From assembly GCA_965644265.1 (NCBI GenBank), contig OZ286472.1, forward strand, positions 52,514,001 to 52,578,000: a stretch of 64,000 nucleotides of DNA, written 5' to 3'. The stretch's first letter is position 1, and each line of letters starts with the position of its first letter. The translations under genes were made by a program, and so were the position numbers. The notes under the pieces are model-generated. The model had not been told where the DNA came from and ran no database searches. It was given only the letters and a program-made list of their open reading frames with translations. The stretch is from Glycera tridactyla. Taxonomy: Eukaryota. Shown in pieces: positions 1 to 12,964 of this stretch.

Positions 1-547
1 TGCCGAACACCGCAACCTGCTCCATCCCCGACGGACTGTCGAACAATATGTTATACGATGCGTTCAGTGCAATTGTTTTACTGTATTTGCCCTGCTGAAA
101 CAAATTATGAACGATGATGAACATGGAGCAGCCTTCATGATGGCATCTGACTGTGCAAAAATCAGAAACAAAAGATGAATCAAGCGCCTGTCTCATCAGA
201 TCATCGATCACTATGATGAGATGACGGGCATCCGGCGAACCGAACTTCTCGTTGATCTCGTCGTCCGTTGCTAATCCCTTGTGGAATACTATGTTTTTCA
301 CATCTTTCTCCATCTGCCTAAACAGTGGCTGATCCGAATTATAGCAGTACAAAACGAACGTCGGTCTAGTAGACGGAATCAGCTTTTCCACATCAGCTAA
401 AAATCTGTGCATGAAACTGGATTTCCCGCTGCCCGACCTCCCGCTCAAAACGTAACTCTGGTTTTCCTTGAACGGAACTGTCAACTCATTCCCGCCAACG
501 CCGACAACTCTGTTAGAATACTCTGGCTTTAGACGTATCTCCTCCAT
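1..547 (-). CDS. Maverick/Polinton-type packaging ATPase (A32/FtsK-HerA family), 3' end truncated by window edge
   Basis: Manual translation from ATG at 547, open to the edge: MEEIRLKPEY...VLSGRSGSGKSSF (Walker A)...HLIIVIDDLM (Walker B)...VRCHHEGCSMFIIVHNLFQQGKYSKTIALNASYNILF. 182 codons with no stop. Confidence 0.85.
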   Translation of the reverse strand, partial: MEEIRLKPEYSNRVVGVGGNELTVPFKENQSYVLSGRSGSGKSSFMHRFLADVEKLIPSTRPTFVLYCYNSDQPLFRQMEKDVKNIVFHKGLATDDEINEKFGSPDARHLIIVIDDLMRQALDSSFVSDFCTVRCHHEGCSMFIIVHNLFQQGKYSKTIALNASYNILFDSPSGMEQVAVFG

Positions 548-1237
548 CACGACGACCGCTATATCATTCCTCGCTCGCAATCCTGTACAACTTCCACCAG
601 TGCTCCTATCCTAGTTGCCATCCACCCATGCTTGCAGGCAATGTAATCGACGTGGACAGGCAATCGCATCGAAATGGCAATGTCGCTGACCTCACCACTC
701 CTCTGTCTTCTGTTGCTATCAGCACAGTGGGCGGGCTATGCCTCGCTCTCGGCGTAAAGAAAATGAGAGGTATGACGGCGGAGAGTATACTAACACTGCA
801 TCCTGCTTGCACTCCCCCATCTTCCAATCTGCACCTCTGCTCTCACATCCTCTACCCGTCTTTCTGAACCACGCCGCCATCAGACCTCGACTGTAACTCC
901 TCCCTCCTCTCTATACATGCCGCAAACTCCGCTGATCACTCGCCAGCTCCTCCTCCTCCTTCATAAATCAATCACAATAATGCATTCACCTATTATAAAT
1001 GTTTTATTGCAGATGTACATCGTTCTAGGAATCGCCGAACACGCCACATCAACACAGTGCCCGTCGATAATGAAGGCAATGTTCGTCTGACTGTACCAAA
1101 CAGACAACGCCGTATCAATAATGGTCAGTGCTACTATTCAATCAGCTTCCAGCAAAACACATTACAACCAGCCCCCCCCCCCCCCCCCCGCCCTCAGCAT
1201 TGCGATCAATATTTATATATGTGTGCATGAATGGCAA

Positions 1238-1500
1238 CTCTATTCTCATGCAACTACTTGCAGTCATTACGAGATACACATTCCGCACCAACGCATATAT
1301 CAAGCCACATGTAGCAGTTAATCCCGAGTGCATATCAACAGAATCGTATATATATATATATATATGCAGGAACGCCACCTCTATTCTCATGCAAGCACTT
1401 GCAGTCATTATGAGATCGCCATTCCACGCCGATATCACACATACATATATATGTCAAACCGCAGTCACTCCTTAGTATGTAGCAACAGAATCGTATGTGC
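1238..1500. repeat. Imperfect ~141-bp tandem duplication with TA microsatellite
   Basis: ctctattctcatgca...cttgcagtcatta...caacagaatcgtat starts at 1238 and again at 1379. Confidence 0.7.
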
Positions 1501-1753
1501 CCATGTGTGCGTCCACAAAACCTAATCCCGCATCTTTATCCCAAGCCCCCCACCCATCCTACCACATCAGCTACTCACTTGTCCAACTCGATATAATGTT
1601 CATACCCTATTTGCAGAGTCGCTACGCATTCCACATCAAAACCATCCGCCACCCGCCTTTCCTGCTCAAAGCCTCCCGCCTCCCACTTTCCCGGCCCGAC
1701 TATCTCGACCGGCTGCGCCTCCTCCTCCTCCTTCCGATGGAAAACACCGCCGT

Positions 1754-2362
1754 TTGATCACAACCCCTATAGGAAACATAAGGCTAGAACCTCTGCGCAG
1801 CCTGACCTCTTCCTCGCCGGCTGGTGCTCAACGCAGACGCTCTTCAGTATGCAAGGAATTGTTTCAATCGATTGGCGTACCTCCGTCCACCATTAAGAAA
1901 CATGTACAGTCACTGGACACCTCAGAATTGCACCTGCGAAAACGCGATAAAATGTTCATGGCTTATCTGAACATTGCTTCGGAGTCGGAGGACTGCAGCC
2001 GAATGGGCGACATATCCAGCGACAACAGCGACACCACGGTCGATATCAGTTCAGAAATGGAAACATTTGAAACCCATCTAGGAGAACTGTCAACAATTCA
2101 GGATGATACTGCAACGGCAGACACCACTGTACTTCACATCCAGCCTGACGACATACCTGGGAAAAATACCCCGATGCCCAAACTTGAACGTTCAAACGTG
2201 GAGATTCCGACAGAGCGCACTCAATTTGAAGACGGGATGATAGGCGCGGTGGGAGGATTTGATTGGTCGATCGTAAAGCCACTGCACAACAAGCGAACAG
2301 CACCTGCAGCGCACGTCAGACGTGGATGCAGGATCCGATACAAACGTGGGTACCCTTGCTAG
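1754..2362 (+). CDS. Hypothetical acidic Ser/Thr-rich ORF within the Maverick-like block
   Basis: 202-aa open frame (TTG start), no recognisable motif. Confidence 0.25.
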   Translation: MITTPIGNIRLEPLRSLTSSSPAGAQRRRSSVCKELFQSIGVPPSTIKKHVQSLDTSELHLRKRDKMFMAYLNIASESEDCSRMGDISSDNSDTTVDISSEMETFETHLGELSTIQDDTATADTTVLHIQPDDIPGKNTPMPKLERSNVEIPTERTQFEDGMIGAVGGFDWSIVKPLHNKRTAPAAHVRRGCRIRYKRGYPC

Positions 2363-2811
2363 CATGCTACCGCCCCCCCCCCCCTCTCCTCCCTCACATA
2401 GTACATATATCTATCCTGAATACCGTATGCGAATATATATCAATGAACATGTAGATAGTAAACTATTAGCTCATAAACAGAGTCACAAATGTATCTGTGA
2501 GTGAACCGACAGACAGACAAACTAACGGACATCAGAAGATAAACAAATATAAGTGAGGATGGATGGTAACATTGACAAAAAGAAAGACAGACAAACAGAC
2601 AGAGCAACGAATGACCGAACAGACAGACAACACAAATGAATACATCACACACGACATACACGCTCATCTAACATCAATGCTTCTTGTATTATTTGTTGCA
2701 GCTGACAGATACAAAGTTTGACCTGGAGCAGTTTCAGCCGGGGAAGGAGCAGGCAGTCCTCTGATTCGATCGATCAATACACATATGTATACGATAACTG
2801 CTTGTGTCCTC

Positions 2812-3426
2812 TTATTTTTTATTTCCAATCGCCCCTGCAGCTGGTGACACCTGTATCGGCGGAAGTAGATTATCCATACATACTGCACATGTGTCTGCAT
2901 CATGGTCAGCAGAATCCATGCACAGACTCACACGTTTGAGAGCATCAATCGCAGCATTAAATCCGTCGATGTGCGCCGCAATTTCCTGTACCTCTTCTAT
3001 ACGGACACGCACGCCAATCCTGGTAGGTGCCCACACGCGGTCGTCATCTTTAGATCTAGAAAACTGGCGTATCTGCGCGATCTTGAACTTACTGCTGATT
3101 GTCGCAAATAGACCGCCCCCCAGATGAAACCTAGTCTCTTCCACTAAGGCATTCTCCTCGATCGCACTAGCTCGGGCAACCAACTCTTGAAGCCACCTAC
3201 TCAGCATTGCCCATTGCTTTAGACGAATCATCACTCTCGATGCATTCCCGCCAGACTTGCGATCATTCGTTCTATACGCTGTTACTGCGGTGGAGCCAGG
3301 ACAGTAGCTGAAATACAGCTCCTGGTCCATCTCGATCCCAGCAATCAAGCGAACCACACCTTTTCCGTCTGAAACGAATGCAATGCCATGATAGTACACG
3401 TATATTGCGACATCCGACAACAGCAA
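2812..3426 (-). CDS. PC4-like (ssDNA-binding/coactivator fold) protein with C-terminal Cys/His cluster
   Basis: RFHLGGGLFATISSKFKIAQIRQF...PTRIGVRVRIEE resembles the PC4-domain pattern, followed by C...H...CAVC. Recognised by eye only. Confidence 0.55.
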   Translation of the reverse strand: MLLSDVAIYVYYHGIAFVSDGKGVVRLIAGIEMDQELYFSYCPGSTAVTAYRTNDRKSGGNASRVMIRLKQWAMLSRWLQELVARASAIEENALVEETRFHLGGGLFATISSKFKIAQIRQFSRSKDDDRVWAPTRIGVRVRIEEVQEIAAHIDGFNAAIDALKRVSLCMDSADHDADTCAVCMDNLLPPIQVSPAAGAIGNKK

Positions 3427-4220
3427 CTACTACCGCCATGCACATATCACAGCATCAGATAACAACAGCCGCCCACTCGCCATCACGACCCGCTATCAAT
3501 ATATCGCCATCATCTCATTGTCATCGTCCACACCCCCACTACATCATCACCAAAATCATCAAAATGTCATACACAGCTGTAAGGCATCACTCCAACAACG
3601 ATAAACAACAATATGGCAACAACACTAACACACAAAACATGCTGCTGCCCCTCTACTTTCCACAACCAACCTCCTCCTACAAATCAACTACCGACACATA
3701 ATACCCTATGCAATCGATAAAAAACACTCACCAACATGGATTCCAGCTCCTACTGTCTGCCATTTCTCCAAATGGAAGGCAGTATCCTGATGAAGGGGAG
3801 GCGGATAAGGGTAGCTGTGCTGACTACTCAACTGCTGCAAAAGCGGCGATGGAGGAGCAGCCGCCTCCGCCCCCTCGACCCTCTTCTCAACATCTCCTTT
3901 GACGCCACCCTGAGGAGCTGCCTTCTTATGCATCTTGACATCAATAATCGGGTACTGGCACAATGACAAGACTGAATCGGAATAAGGGCAACTATTCCTA
4001 ATAAAGATGATCTTCCCATCCCCTCTTCTCTCTACAATAACGTCCTCCATCTCATGATGCAAACAAACGTTCTACTCCCTATACTTCATATGAGATGCAT
4101 GCACAGGTTGCCCTTATAGTAACATCCTTTAGATAATATGCCCCTCCCCTCTCTTCCCTAGCGGTGACTCTGCTCTCTCTCCACCGCTCACTGCCCTCTT
4201 GTGCTTATCCTTGTCACCGG

Positions 4221-4296
4221 TAGTTCTCGGTCTTCCCTTGTGGTGGCTCTGCTGACGTTAGTTCTCGGTACTCCCTAACGGTGGCTCTGCTCTAGT
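4221..4296. repeat. 38-bp imperfect tandem repeat x2
   Basis: tagttctcggt...ggtggctctgct at 4221 and 4259. Confidence 0.65.
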
Positions 4297-4459
4297 TACT
4301 GCTGTCGTGCCTAGATGTCGCTCCTCATGCTGGAACTTATGGTATAAAACGTGTGCCTGACCTGACACAATTCTGAGATGACCTATTTGCCATAGGAACT
4401 ACAGCAAGAAAAACAGGCTGCCCTTTTAGTAGGGTCCTTTACTACTACCATGCCTCCAT

Positions 4460-6500
4460 CACATGGACCAGAATGATGCTTGCCCCTTATCCAACGTTAA
4501 ACTGCCTAGCATGACTACAGTACTTGGAAAATCCACCATATTAGTAATTGAACTAGAAACCGCCACCTGCACGTTGAACAGGGACCTTGTATCAATCTGG
4601 CTCACTTTGCGATTGCCCAAAACCAAGCCCATTCGAATTGGTGCATGTTATAGACCGGCAGATGGCAGTTTGAATATTGCAACCAATGCACTGGGTGATT
4701 CCACCAATATGCTACTTTCGGACAAAAATGAAGAGATAATTTGCCTTGGTGTCCTGGACATTGATACATCAACCCCATGCCAAACCCTGAAAATCTACAG
4801 GGACCCCCTTAAACAAGAGAAATTGGTCAAAATTATTAAACATCTCACTCGAGTCACAAAAACGTCCTCAACCATTATTGACCACATATGCACGAATAAT
4901 TAGAATCTATACCAACGTTGGGGCCCATAGTCTTGTCTTTGCCTGCAGAAAATATCGAAAGCTACCGAATCCCAAAACTATAATCACCATACGTTCTCGT
5001 CACAATTTTTATGAGGAAGCATCTAGGTCTGATCTTGGTAATACTGACTGGAGTTCCATTGAATAACGCCACTCTGATTTTCAATAGAATCATGGTTCAA
5101 TTGTTAAATAAGGATCTACCACTTATTCAAATTATGGTTAGGAGTAATAGTGCCCCTTGGATCACAAAACAATACCTTAGCTATACCGATCATCATGATT
5201 ATCTATCTAGATTATTTAAAAAAAGCCCTTCTGATCATATACTAGAACTGAAGAAAAATGCCATTCGTGAATGCAACCGATTAAAGCGCCATCTCAAAAC
5301 CGACTATATCATCCTAAAATTAGAGGAGGATAAAAGCGACGAAAAGAAACTGAAATAACCTGCCTGATTCTAAAAATAAATTAACTCTACGATTGACGAA
5401 ATTAATGGCATTTCTGGAGATCTGAACATCTGTACATGAATACTTTACTAAACACAACCTCCTTACAAATGTCCAGGCGGGGTTCAGGGAGGGACACTCC
5501 ACTGGTACATGCCTGATGGCATTTCTCGATGAGAAGGGTGATCTCTGTGGTGTTCTCTTCCTGGACCTCTCCAAGGCATTTGATACTGTGGATCATAGCA
5601 TACTTGAACTAAAGTTGAAGAATATTGGCTGCAAGGCGAACACCCTGTCCTGGCTGAAGGCTCACAGAAGACAATAGTCAATGCCTCTGCATCGGAAACT
5701 AGAAAAATAAACTATGGTGTACCCCAAGGCTCAATATTAGGCCCTCATCTCTTTACAGTCCGCGTAAATGACATCATAGCTCACACCCCATCCAGTAAAA
5801 CCTTCCTCTACGTAGACAACAATACTCTGCCCGTGATCCAAAATCTATCTGCGAGACACTTTCGCAGGACTTAAGTGTATTGAATAATTGGTTCAATACC
5901 AACAAGTTGTTGCTTAATATTAGTAAATGTAAACACATGTACTTTGGAACTCGTTATAGATTAGGGCAATCAAAAGGTTTTGATATTAAATTCAACGACA
6001 CCCTGGTGGAACAACCCTCATCCTCTAAATATCTTGGCTTGACACTAGACCCCAACCTGACGTTCACAGAGCATGTCTCAGACCTGGTACACAATGTCTC
6101 TTTTAAGACTGGAGTTCTCTGGTGGTTACGCCCTTTCATGAATAAGGATATCTCTTTTTAAGGCCCTAATAAACCCCTTGTTCAACTATGTTGACTTTAT
6201 TTAAAATGCTACCTCATTGACCAACAAAAAAACTGCTGAGTTCTCAGAACAAAGCCCTAAAAATGTGTCATGAATGTGGGCAGTTTAACTCCAAGTATAA
6301 GATATACACATAAGTCAACTGAGATATTGTACTTGCAGAAACAAAGAGATCTACGGTCTATTATTGAAATTCATAAGGTAATCACTGATCAAGCACCACC
6401 TTTGATCTCAGACAGGATTTTGCTGAAAAAACATACTGGCATACATACAAGCAAAGACCCTATAACGATAAGACGTGTCACTGAGGCGATTTTGCGTATC
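4460..6500 (+). mobile_element. Degraded L2/CR1-type LINE ORF2 (APE endonuclease + RT)
   Basis: IGACYRP, TRVTKTSSTIIDHI (endonuclease); LFLDLSKAFDTVDH (~5555); GVPQGSILGP (~5715); LNISKCKHMYF; KYLGLTLDPNLTF. Many frameshifts. Confidence 0.85.
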
Positions 6501-6626
6501 TAGGTCATTCCTCACCTCCCCCAGCCGGCCGGTACAAACTACCCCAGTGATGGGTGGCCACTGCAGGAGCTGGCCATGAGAGTGAATGGTGCAGCACTAA
6601 TACATTGTATAAATGGGTACTATAAA

Positions 6627-6792
6627 TACAGAGAAACCTGTCTTGGGAGACCACCCTCTAATGGGAGACCACTCTTTATCAGCTCTTCTCTATTTGCCAT
6701 AGTCAAATATACCTCCGATGAGAGACAACCTATCTTGAGAGACTGCTTTTCATTGGTGTTTGGGACAGTCTCCCAAGAGGGGTTTTACTGTA
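6627..6792. mobile_element. MITE with CAG(A/T)RAAACC-type terminal inverted repeats and TA flanks
   Basis: tacagagaaacctgtcttgggagac ... gtctcccaagaggggttttactgta. Inverted relative at 63548-63728. Confidence 0.7.
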
Positions 6793-6993
6793 CATCATCT
6801 ATTTTATTTTAGATCATCAGAGATGGAGTATTATCAGGGGCATATTTTGACATGACTAAATGCGAGGTGGATTGAGTACTTGAAATGCACATTTCTATGG
6901 ATTATTTCATGCTGTAGTCTGCTAGTCATATGTTCTCCATGGCCTCATCAGCACATCAATACAGTAGTAGATCTCTCCTCCCTCCTCTATTCC

Positions 6994-7053
6994 TCACTCA
7001 CTCACTCTCTCACTCACTCACTCACTCACTCACTCACTCACTCACTCACTCAC
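6994..7053. repeat. (CTCA)n microsatellite
   Basis: Direct reading. Confidence 0.9.
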
Positions 7054-7796
7054 TAGCTGTTTCCTTTTCTCTAACAGTTTGTATGTTATTTCATTCAAAT
7101 TAGACCAATCAATACAGTGAAACCTGTGATGAGAGAAATAAACATCACAGAAATGAAGTCTAGAAAAAATTGGTCTGTCTTCAGAGGTATATTTGACTAG
7201 GTTAACTGATGAACCTGCCATGCAAAAGTGGTTTTCCATTGAAGGTGGTTTTAGGTGAAAATAGCTGACTCTCTCCATCCCTGCCCAGAGCTGGTAGATT
7301 TTCCAGGTGAGCTGGTGAATGATGATCACAATTCCTCTACATCATATATAACTTGGGTATGTCAATTTCCTCTATGGGTAGGTTAATATTCTTGATGTCT
7401 CATCACCATGTTTTATCAGTGACTAGACCCGAATACAGCAGTCTTCACAAAAACCTTTTTCAGTCACTCCAATCGGGAGACCAGAAAAATCACCCTCCTG
7501 AAAATAAATTCACCATCACAAATTTGTTCAAGAAGTGCACTGAAAACAAGCTCAAAATAGGCTTGAGAGCAAGATATTTGTGTGAGTAAATGCCTTATCA
7601 TGATGTGATTTCTAACTTATCCATAATGTGAGTGAATATCTAAGTAATACCAACCCATTTTTTGCTCGGGTCCGTTCATCCAAACCAAATTCACTCTTTC
7701 TGGGATTCGGGAGATGGGCAAAATTCGAAGACTACTGAAGTATTTCAAGGTTTTCAACAAATTTGGCAGCAGTCTCAGTTGGCTACACAAGAGATA

Positions 7797-7799
<3 letters not shown>

Positions 7800-7849
<50 letters not shown>
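7800..7849. repeat. (TCTG)n microsatellite
   Basis: Direct reading. Confidence 0.9.
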
Positions 7850-7850
<1 letters not shown>

Positions 7851-8639
7851 AGTGTCGTTTCATGTATATTGGTTTGTACATAGACAAGTGTGGATGCAAT
7901 CATCTGTGGTTTTTTCATGGCAGAGAAGGTCATTCTGTGAACAAATGTGTCACTAATGTCAGCCAATATCTCTCCACATTGTCTTGACAGACATCATCAA
8001 GTGATACTAACTCCACAGTGCTCTCCATGGGCTGAGATCACCAGAGAATCCATGAGTTACGCTGCCTCTCCCATATATTTTGCTGGTGGGGTATGGCCAG
8101 CTGGGGTGTTTGTACCAGCCCACCGCTTGGTGCGCTGCTGCTGCCCGCGATACTATGGGAGTCAATGGGAGTGAGACGTCTTATCATTATAGTGTCTTTG
8201 ATACAAGGCAATCGGACCAGTGCCTAATTGAAGTTCCAGGCTCAACTATGCATCAAATCGTAGCAATATCTTTATTTGAGGCAGTAGACTATGGAACGAT
8301 ATGGATTCGGACCTTAACGAAATAGAAAATATTGAATGCCTTAGACAAAAGCTGAAGAAAATGGTCCTTGACTCCTTGATGAATCTACCTGAGTAAGTGA
8401 TATGCAAACTGTTGTTGATGCATCAAGTCTTGTTGTACCATCTCTCTTGCTATCTCTAACTGTACATATATGTCGTGTATATTCTGTTTATATTGTTATA
8501 TGTTCTCGCAAGCCCTGAATTCATCTGGCTTTCAGATATGGGGCTTAAGATTAAAATAAAGAATTAAAAAAAATGTTCAATATGTCGACATGGACGGATT
8601 CTGATAATTGTTCTCCTTTCAAAATGTAATACGTGTGTA

Positions 8640-11600
8640 GAGGGCGCTGTGTGTAGGGCTATATAAAGGTCCCACAACCTTCACTCAGTCCACTCACGGT
8701 CGACTTTCTAAAGGTACGTGCGTATTGCACTTAGTTTTCAGAGTCATGGCGGGGTTCAAACCAAAGATGCCCTATATACCCATAGAGCAATGGCTTGAGC
8801 GCAAACCAATGGTTGTTGTATTGGGGCATTCTTTTATTAGACATCAAAAAGAGGCCATTTTGGAAGAAGTTTCAGCTGGTAAGGTACCACGTGGTGTCAT
8901 AATCGCTGGAATACTTCTGATATTGCGGACCAAATACTTGAGGCTCTAAAGCCCGACCTGTCGGTCTTGAATTTGGGTTCTAATGACCTGGTGAAGAAGG
9001 ACTGCCAGCCTGTACAGTTTGATCTATTGCAAATAGCATACAGGCTGATGGATGAAAACAAGGTTCGGACGGTAACGTTTATGTCTTGTGTGGACAGGCT
9101 GACAGCTCAGTCAGTTTTTAGGACTCGAGCCTGGAGTTCTCAATCAATGTTTAGAAACTGAATGTGAAGGGGCTTTGAGGATTGCTTGTTACAAGGTCCG
9201 GGTTTTGGATCATTATATCCTGGCCTGCCATCCATTGTCAGGATCTGGAGCTTAGATGACATCCACCCAGATAAACACTCAAAATACTTCAAAAGGTACA
9301 GGATGGAGATCAGGCAGGCTATCTTGTCCTCCTCCCGGCTTTGAGCAGGATTGTTTGTAGGTTTAACTGACCTCTGTAGTCGACCATAGGTGGTAACGAC
9401 TGATGGACATATTTAGGGATCGCTCATGAATTCGACATTGCTTTCAAAGGTGTGTCGCCCGCTTTCAGGGGCAGGAATTCAATTTCTGTTTCAGAACACC
9501 CTGTGGAACGTTGGAGCTCATTGAGAAGGGCCAGAAACTTGGTAGAATTGCTGGTCCATTCAAGAAGGCTCCATATGTTAACATTCAGGTTTTACCAGTG
9601 GCAGTGGGGCCAAAAAGAAAACCTGGCTCTTTCAGTCTCATCCATGATTTATCCGCACCATACAATTTTGTCGGTGAATGCTCACATACCTGATGTTGAA
9701 GCTACGGTACAGTACACTACCGTACGCTCTGGTATAGATTTTGTCATGGACACAGGTAAAAATGCATACATTTGCAAGAGCGATATCAAATCGGCGTTCT
9801 GCATTGTTCTGCTTCATTCCAGTTAATTTCATCTGATGAGGCTTTGGTTTCAGGATCTATTCCACATAGATAAATGTCTAGCAATGGGAGGACGGCCCTC
9901 ATGCTGCATATTTGAACGTTTCTCAACAGGGATACAGTGGATTGCCAATCACAAGTTAAGAATTCATAAAAAGGCACATATGATAGATGACTTCTGCATT
10001 GTAGCATCGGGATATGACGAATGTCTAAGGCAAATCCACGTTTTCAAAAAGTTTTGTCAAGATGTTGGCATTCCCCTTTGTCCTAACAAGACGGAACTTC
10101 CGTCCCAGTTTGTCTTTTTTGGGAGTGGAGATCAACATCCTCCAGGGCTTTGCAAAAAATTCCTCCAGACAAATTGCTCAAATATGGAACACAGATCAGT
10201 GAGATTTTGGAGGCAGGCACATGTACTTTTGGGGTGCTACTGTCACTCATAGGCAAGCTTTCGTGGTGCACGTTTCTGGAGCCACCGGGCAAGTCCTTTC
10301 TAAGAGAGCTTCTAGACGCCACCAGAAGTTATATTGCTTTCACTATTCTGTTCAGGGCCAATGTGATCAATGATTTGAAGATGTGGCATCAATTCCTAGC
10401 ACAATATAATGGTATTTCTTTTTGAGAGATTCAACACTAGATAAACAGGAACCTGAACACATGGCATCTGATGCTTGCAAAGATGGTGCAGGGGTGGTTT
10501 ATCGCAACCTTTGGTTTTTCATTCGATACTTAAGACAGGTGGGGGTGCCAGAACATAGCGTACTTGGAATTCTTCCCACTTTTGGCTGGGCTGATTACTT
10601 TCAGATGCTTGCTCAGACACAAGCAATCAATCTTTCATTCTGACAACATGACAGTGGTGGAGGTAGTGAACAGAAAGTCGGCTACAGACCCTAGCCTTAT
10701 GAGCACGATGAGACATTTAATGTCATTTTCATTGTGTGATGACATTGATTTCTTGCTGAGCATGTGCCCGGCATGGAAAATTGTATTCTGGATCGAATTT
10801 CACGATCTTGTTGTTCATAGGAGGATGTGAGATGAGCGGGCCTTGCTATTCATCCAGTGCTGGTGGACGAGACTGTCGACCCGTGTATTTGTGAACTGTG
10901 GTGACATTAGTGAATGGTTCTTTTGCGACTTCTACTGTGGTTGTGTATGAGCAAGTCTGTGAATAATCCAACAATTTTCTATTTGAGGTAGGCATGAGCA
11001 TTTCATATGATTCTGTGTGTCTGTACATGGCACATTTGTTTGATGAAAGGCTTAACACAGATAGAGCCAAAATGTCTGGCTTATCTCATTGTCTCAAACG
11101 TAACAATATGGAAGACTGGTGTAAACATTACGTTGTATCTCGCATGCTTAATGGTTTTGGTAAAGTGGCTAGGGGCAGTGACCTTCGCATGGCCGTCAAT
11201 AATCCTCGTTTGCAGACCATGGTTAAATGCTTATATTCTCTCTGTAACGATTTATATGAGATATACATGATTAAGTCTCTTTTCATTTGGCCCTATTACT
11301 TGTGTCTACGAGTCTCTGAGTATGCCAACACAGGGAATTCAGAGCATTTTTTGAGAATAAATGATCTGCAAGAGATTCAAGGCTCAGTTCGGAGGGGTTT
11401 AGGCTCAAAATCAGAACGTATAAGTTCTCTTCTGGTCCAAAAACTTTTCTTGTGCATCGCACAGGCGATGAGTTGTGCCCAGTTCAGTGTATGATTGACT
11501 ATTTGATCCTCAGGGGCAGAGCGCCTGCCCCATTTTTCTCTTACGAGGAAAACCTATTACAAGTCAATTTTTCAATATCTGGCTTGAAAAGATGAGGAAC

Positions 11601-11820
11601 TTTCTCTGCCTATCCGGAAGACTCTCCAGTCATTTTCTTTTGCATTGGACGATGCACAGATTGGGCATCGGCGGGTCTTTCAGATGAGCAAATCAGGCTG
11701 AGGTCTTCGGACGCGTTTCAAGTCTATGTTAGGCCTAAGGTAGTGACTATTTAGGGCCGTCTGAATTCTTGGGGCAGACGTATCTATTCAACATCGTCTG
11801 TGTGCCTGGTTGCCGCCGAA
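8640..11820 (+). mobile_element. Ngaro copy N1 (degraded, gag deleted): SGNH - RT/RH - YR
   Basis: TATATAAA 8660; donor AAG|GTACGT 8714; SGNH pseudogene 8746-~9345 (VLGHSF, NLGSNDL, DDIHP); RT (KSDIKSAF, HMIDDF); RNase H (ASDACK, FHSDN); YR (WCKHY, LCLRVSEY). Confidence 0.9.
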
Positions 11821-11821
11821 T

Positions 11822-12960
11822 TGTATTCATTCACATTTCGAAGCATTGCTTCTTTTGCATTGCTGTATTTATTCACATTTGATAAATTGGTTTATCGGGG
11901 CGCCCTCCAGGTGGCGAATTGGAATTCGAACTTTGAATATTTTTCACTAGAAAGATTTTCATTGTTTTTATTCATGAAAGTGCTATTATATTACAATATA
12001 TACGTTGTTCATTTTGCATCGCCTCCAAAAAAATATCTTGTTTTAGCATTGTCTGTTTACGATCCAAGTGCATATTCGCAAGGGTATATGATGGCGTGAA
12101 TTGTGGGGAGTCGACCCATTTTCAGCCTGAAGAGCAATGGTGATTTCTCTGTTAGCTAGCTAGTGTATGGTGGCAGGGCACACTCCAAACCAATGTGTCC
12201 TCATGTGCCGGTTGAACAGTGGCTGGGTAGGGAGCCGATGGCCTTAGTATTTGGGCATTCTTTAGCCCGTCACCTGGATGAGGAACTGGTGAATTTGTCA
12301 CACAGTGAGGAATACTGGCCAGAAATAGAGAGGGGCGTGCTCCGTTGGTAGACACCCAGATGGTTACGAGTATGCACAGGTTGATGGGTATTGCTGTAGC
12401 AAAGACCCTTTCTTGGATTTACTTGGCGCCAATGGCGCGATATCTGGCACACCCTCTCAGGTTGGTCAACCCATTGAGCTATCACGAATACCATGTGGAC
12501 AACCTAACCGTCTCCACAAGTTTCTGACAACCTATCAGCGAGTGGTGGTTCAATCTCTCAAGCTCCTAGTATGGGATTAATCACAACTTGCTACGTTTAA
12601 GAAGACATGCAGCTAATGCTTGCTTGTTCAAAATCGCCACATCATTTCAGGAATAGGTCATCCGGGTTCTAATACTTTTAGTCCTGCTTTCGGCTTACAA
12701 AATTCCAATAGTAACATTCATCTTAACGTTTCTCAGCCTACCGGTTCTCACAATCTGTTGCTAATAGCCAAAATGTTTCTGCTCTACAGCAGGAGTTCCA
12801 GGCCACCATGTCGTCAGCGTCTCAACAAATGGCGATTTTATCAAAAGTTGTGCAGGATATGCAATCCATGATCGACAACCTGGCTGATGGTTCCTCTCCT
12901 AGGACACCATATGGATCGCCACCAACCAACATACCTTCATCTCAAGGTAATTTATCTTTA
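11822..12960 (+). mobile_element. Ngaro copy N2 (5' fragment): SGNH N-terminus fused by deletion to gag N-terminus
   Basis: PVEQWLGREPMALVFGHSL; then gag motifs SKDPF, RRHAANA and SSQGN with donor CAAG|GTAAT at 12947. The left boundary after AAT 11819-11821 is tentative. Confidence 0.8.
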
Positions 12961-12964
12961 CAAT

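Larger units (their letters stand above)
1..4450 (-). mobile_element. Probable Maverick/Polinton-like (adintovirus-like) element remnant
   Basis: Packaging ATPase plus PC4-like ORF in one block. Short subterminal-type repeats at 4221-4296 and an ACTACT run at 4441 (possible AGTAGT terminus on the - strand). Right boundary is tentative. Confidence 0.5.

Noticed and set aside
1000-1200. Host exon after ttattgcag (~1011)
   Set aside because: No matching donor, partner exons or recognisable protein.
6963-6975. agtagtag as a Maverick terminus
   Set aside because: Wrong orientation for the element on its left, and separated from it by an L2 fragment.
10146-10160. tttgcaaaaaat as a B repeat
   Set aside because: It is within RT coding sequence (GFARIP-equivalent region) and has no adjacent A repeat.
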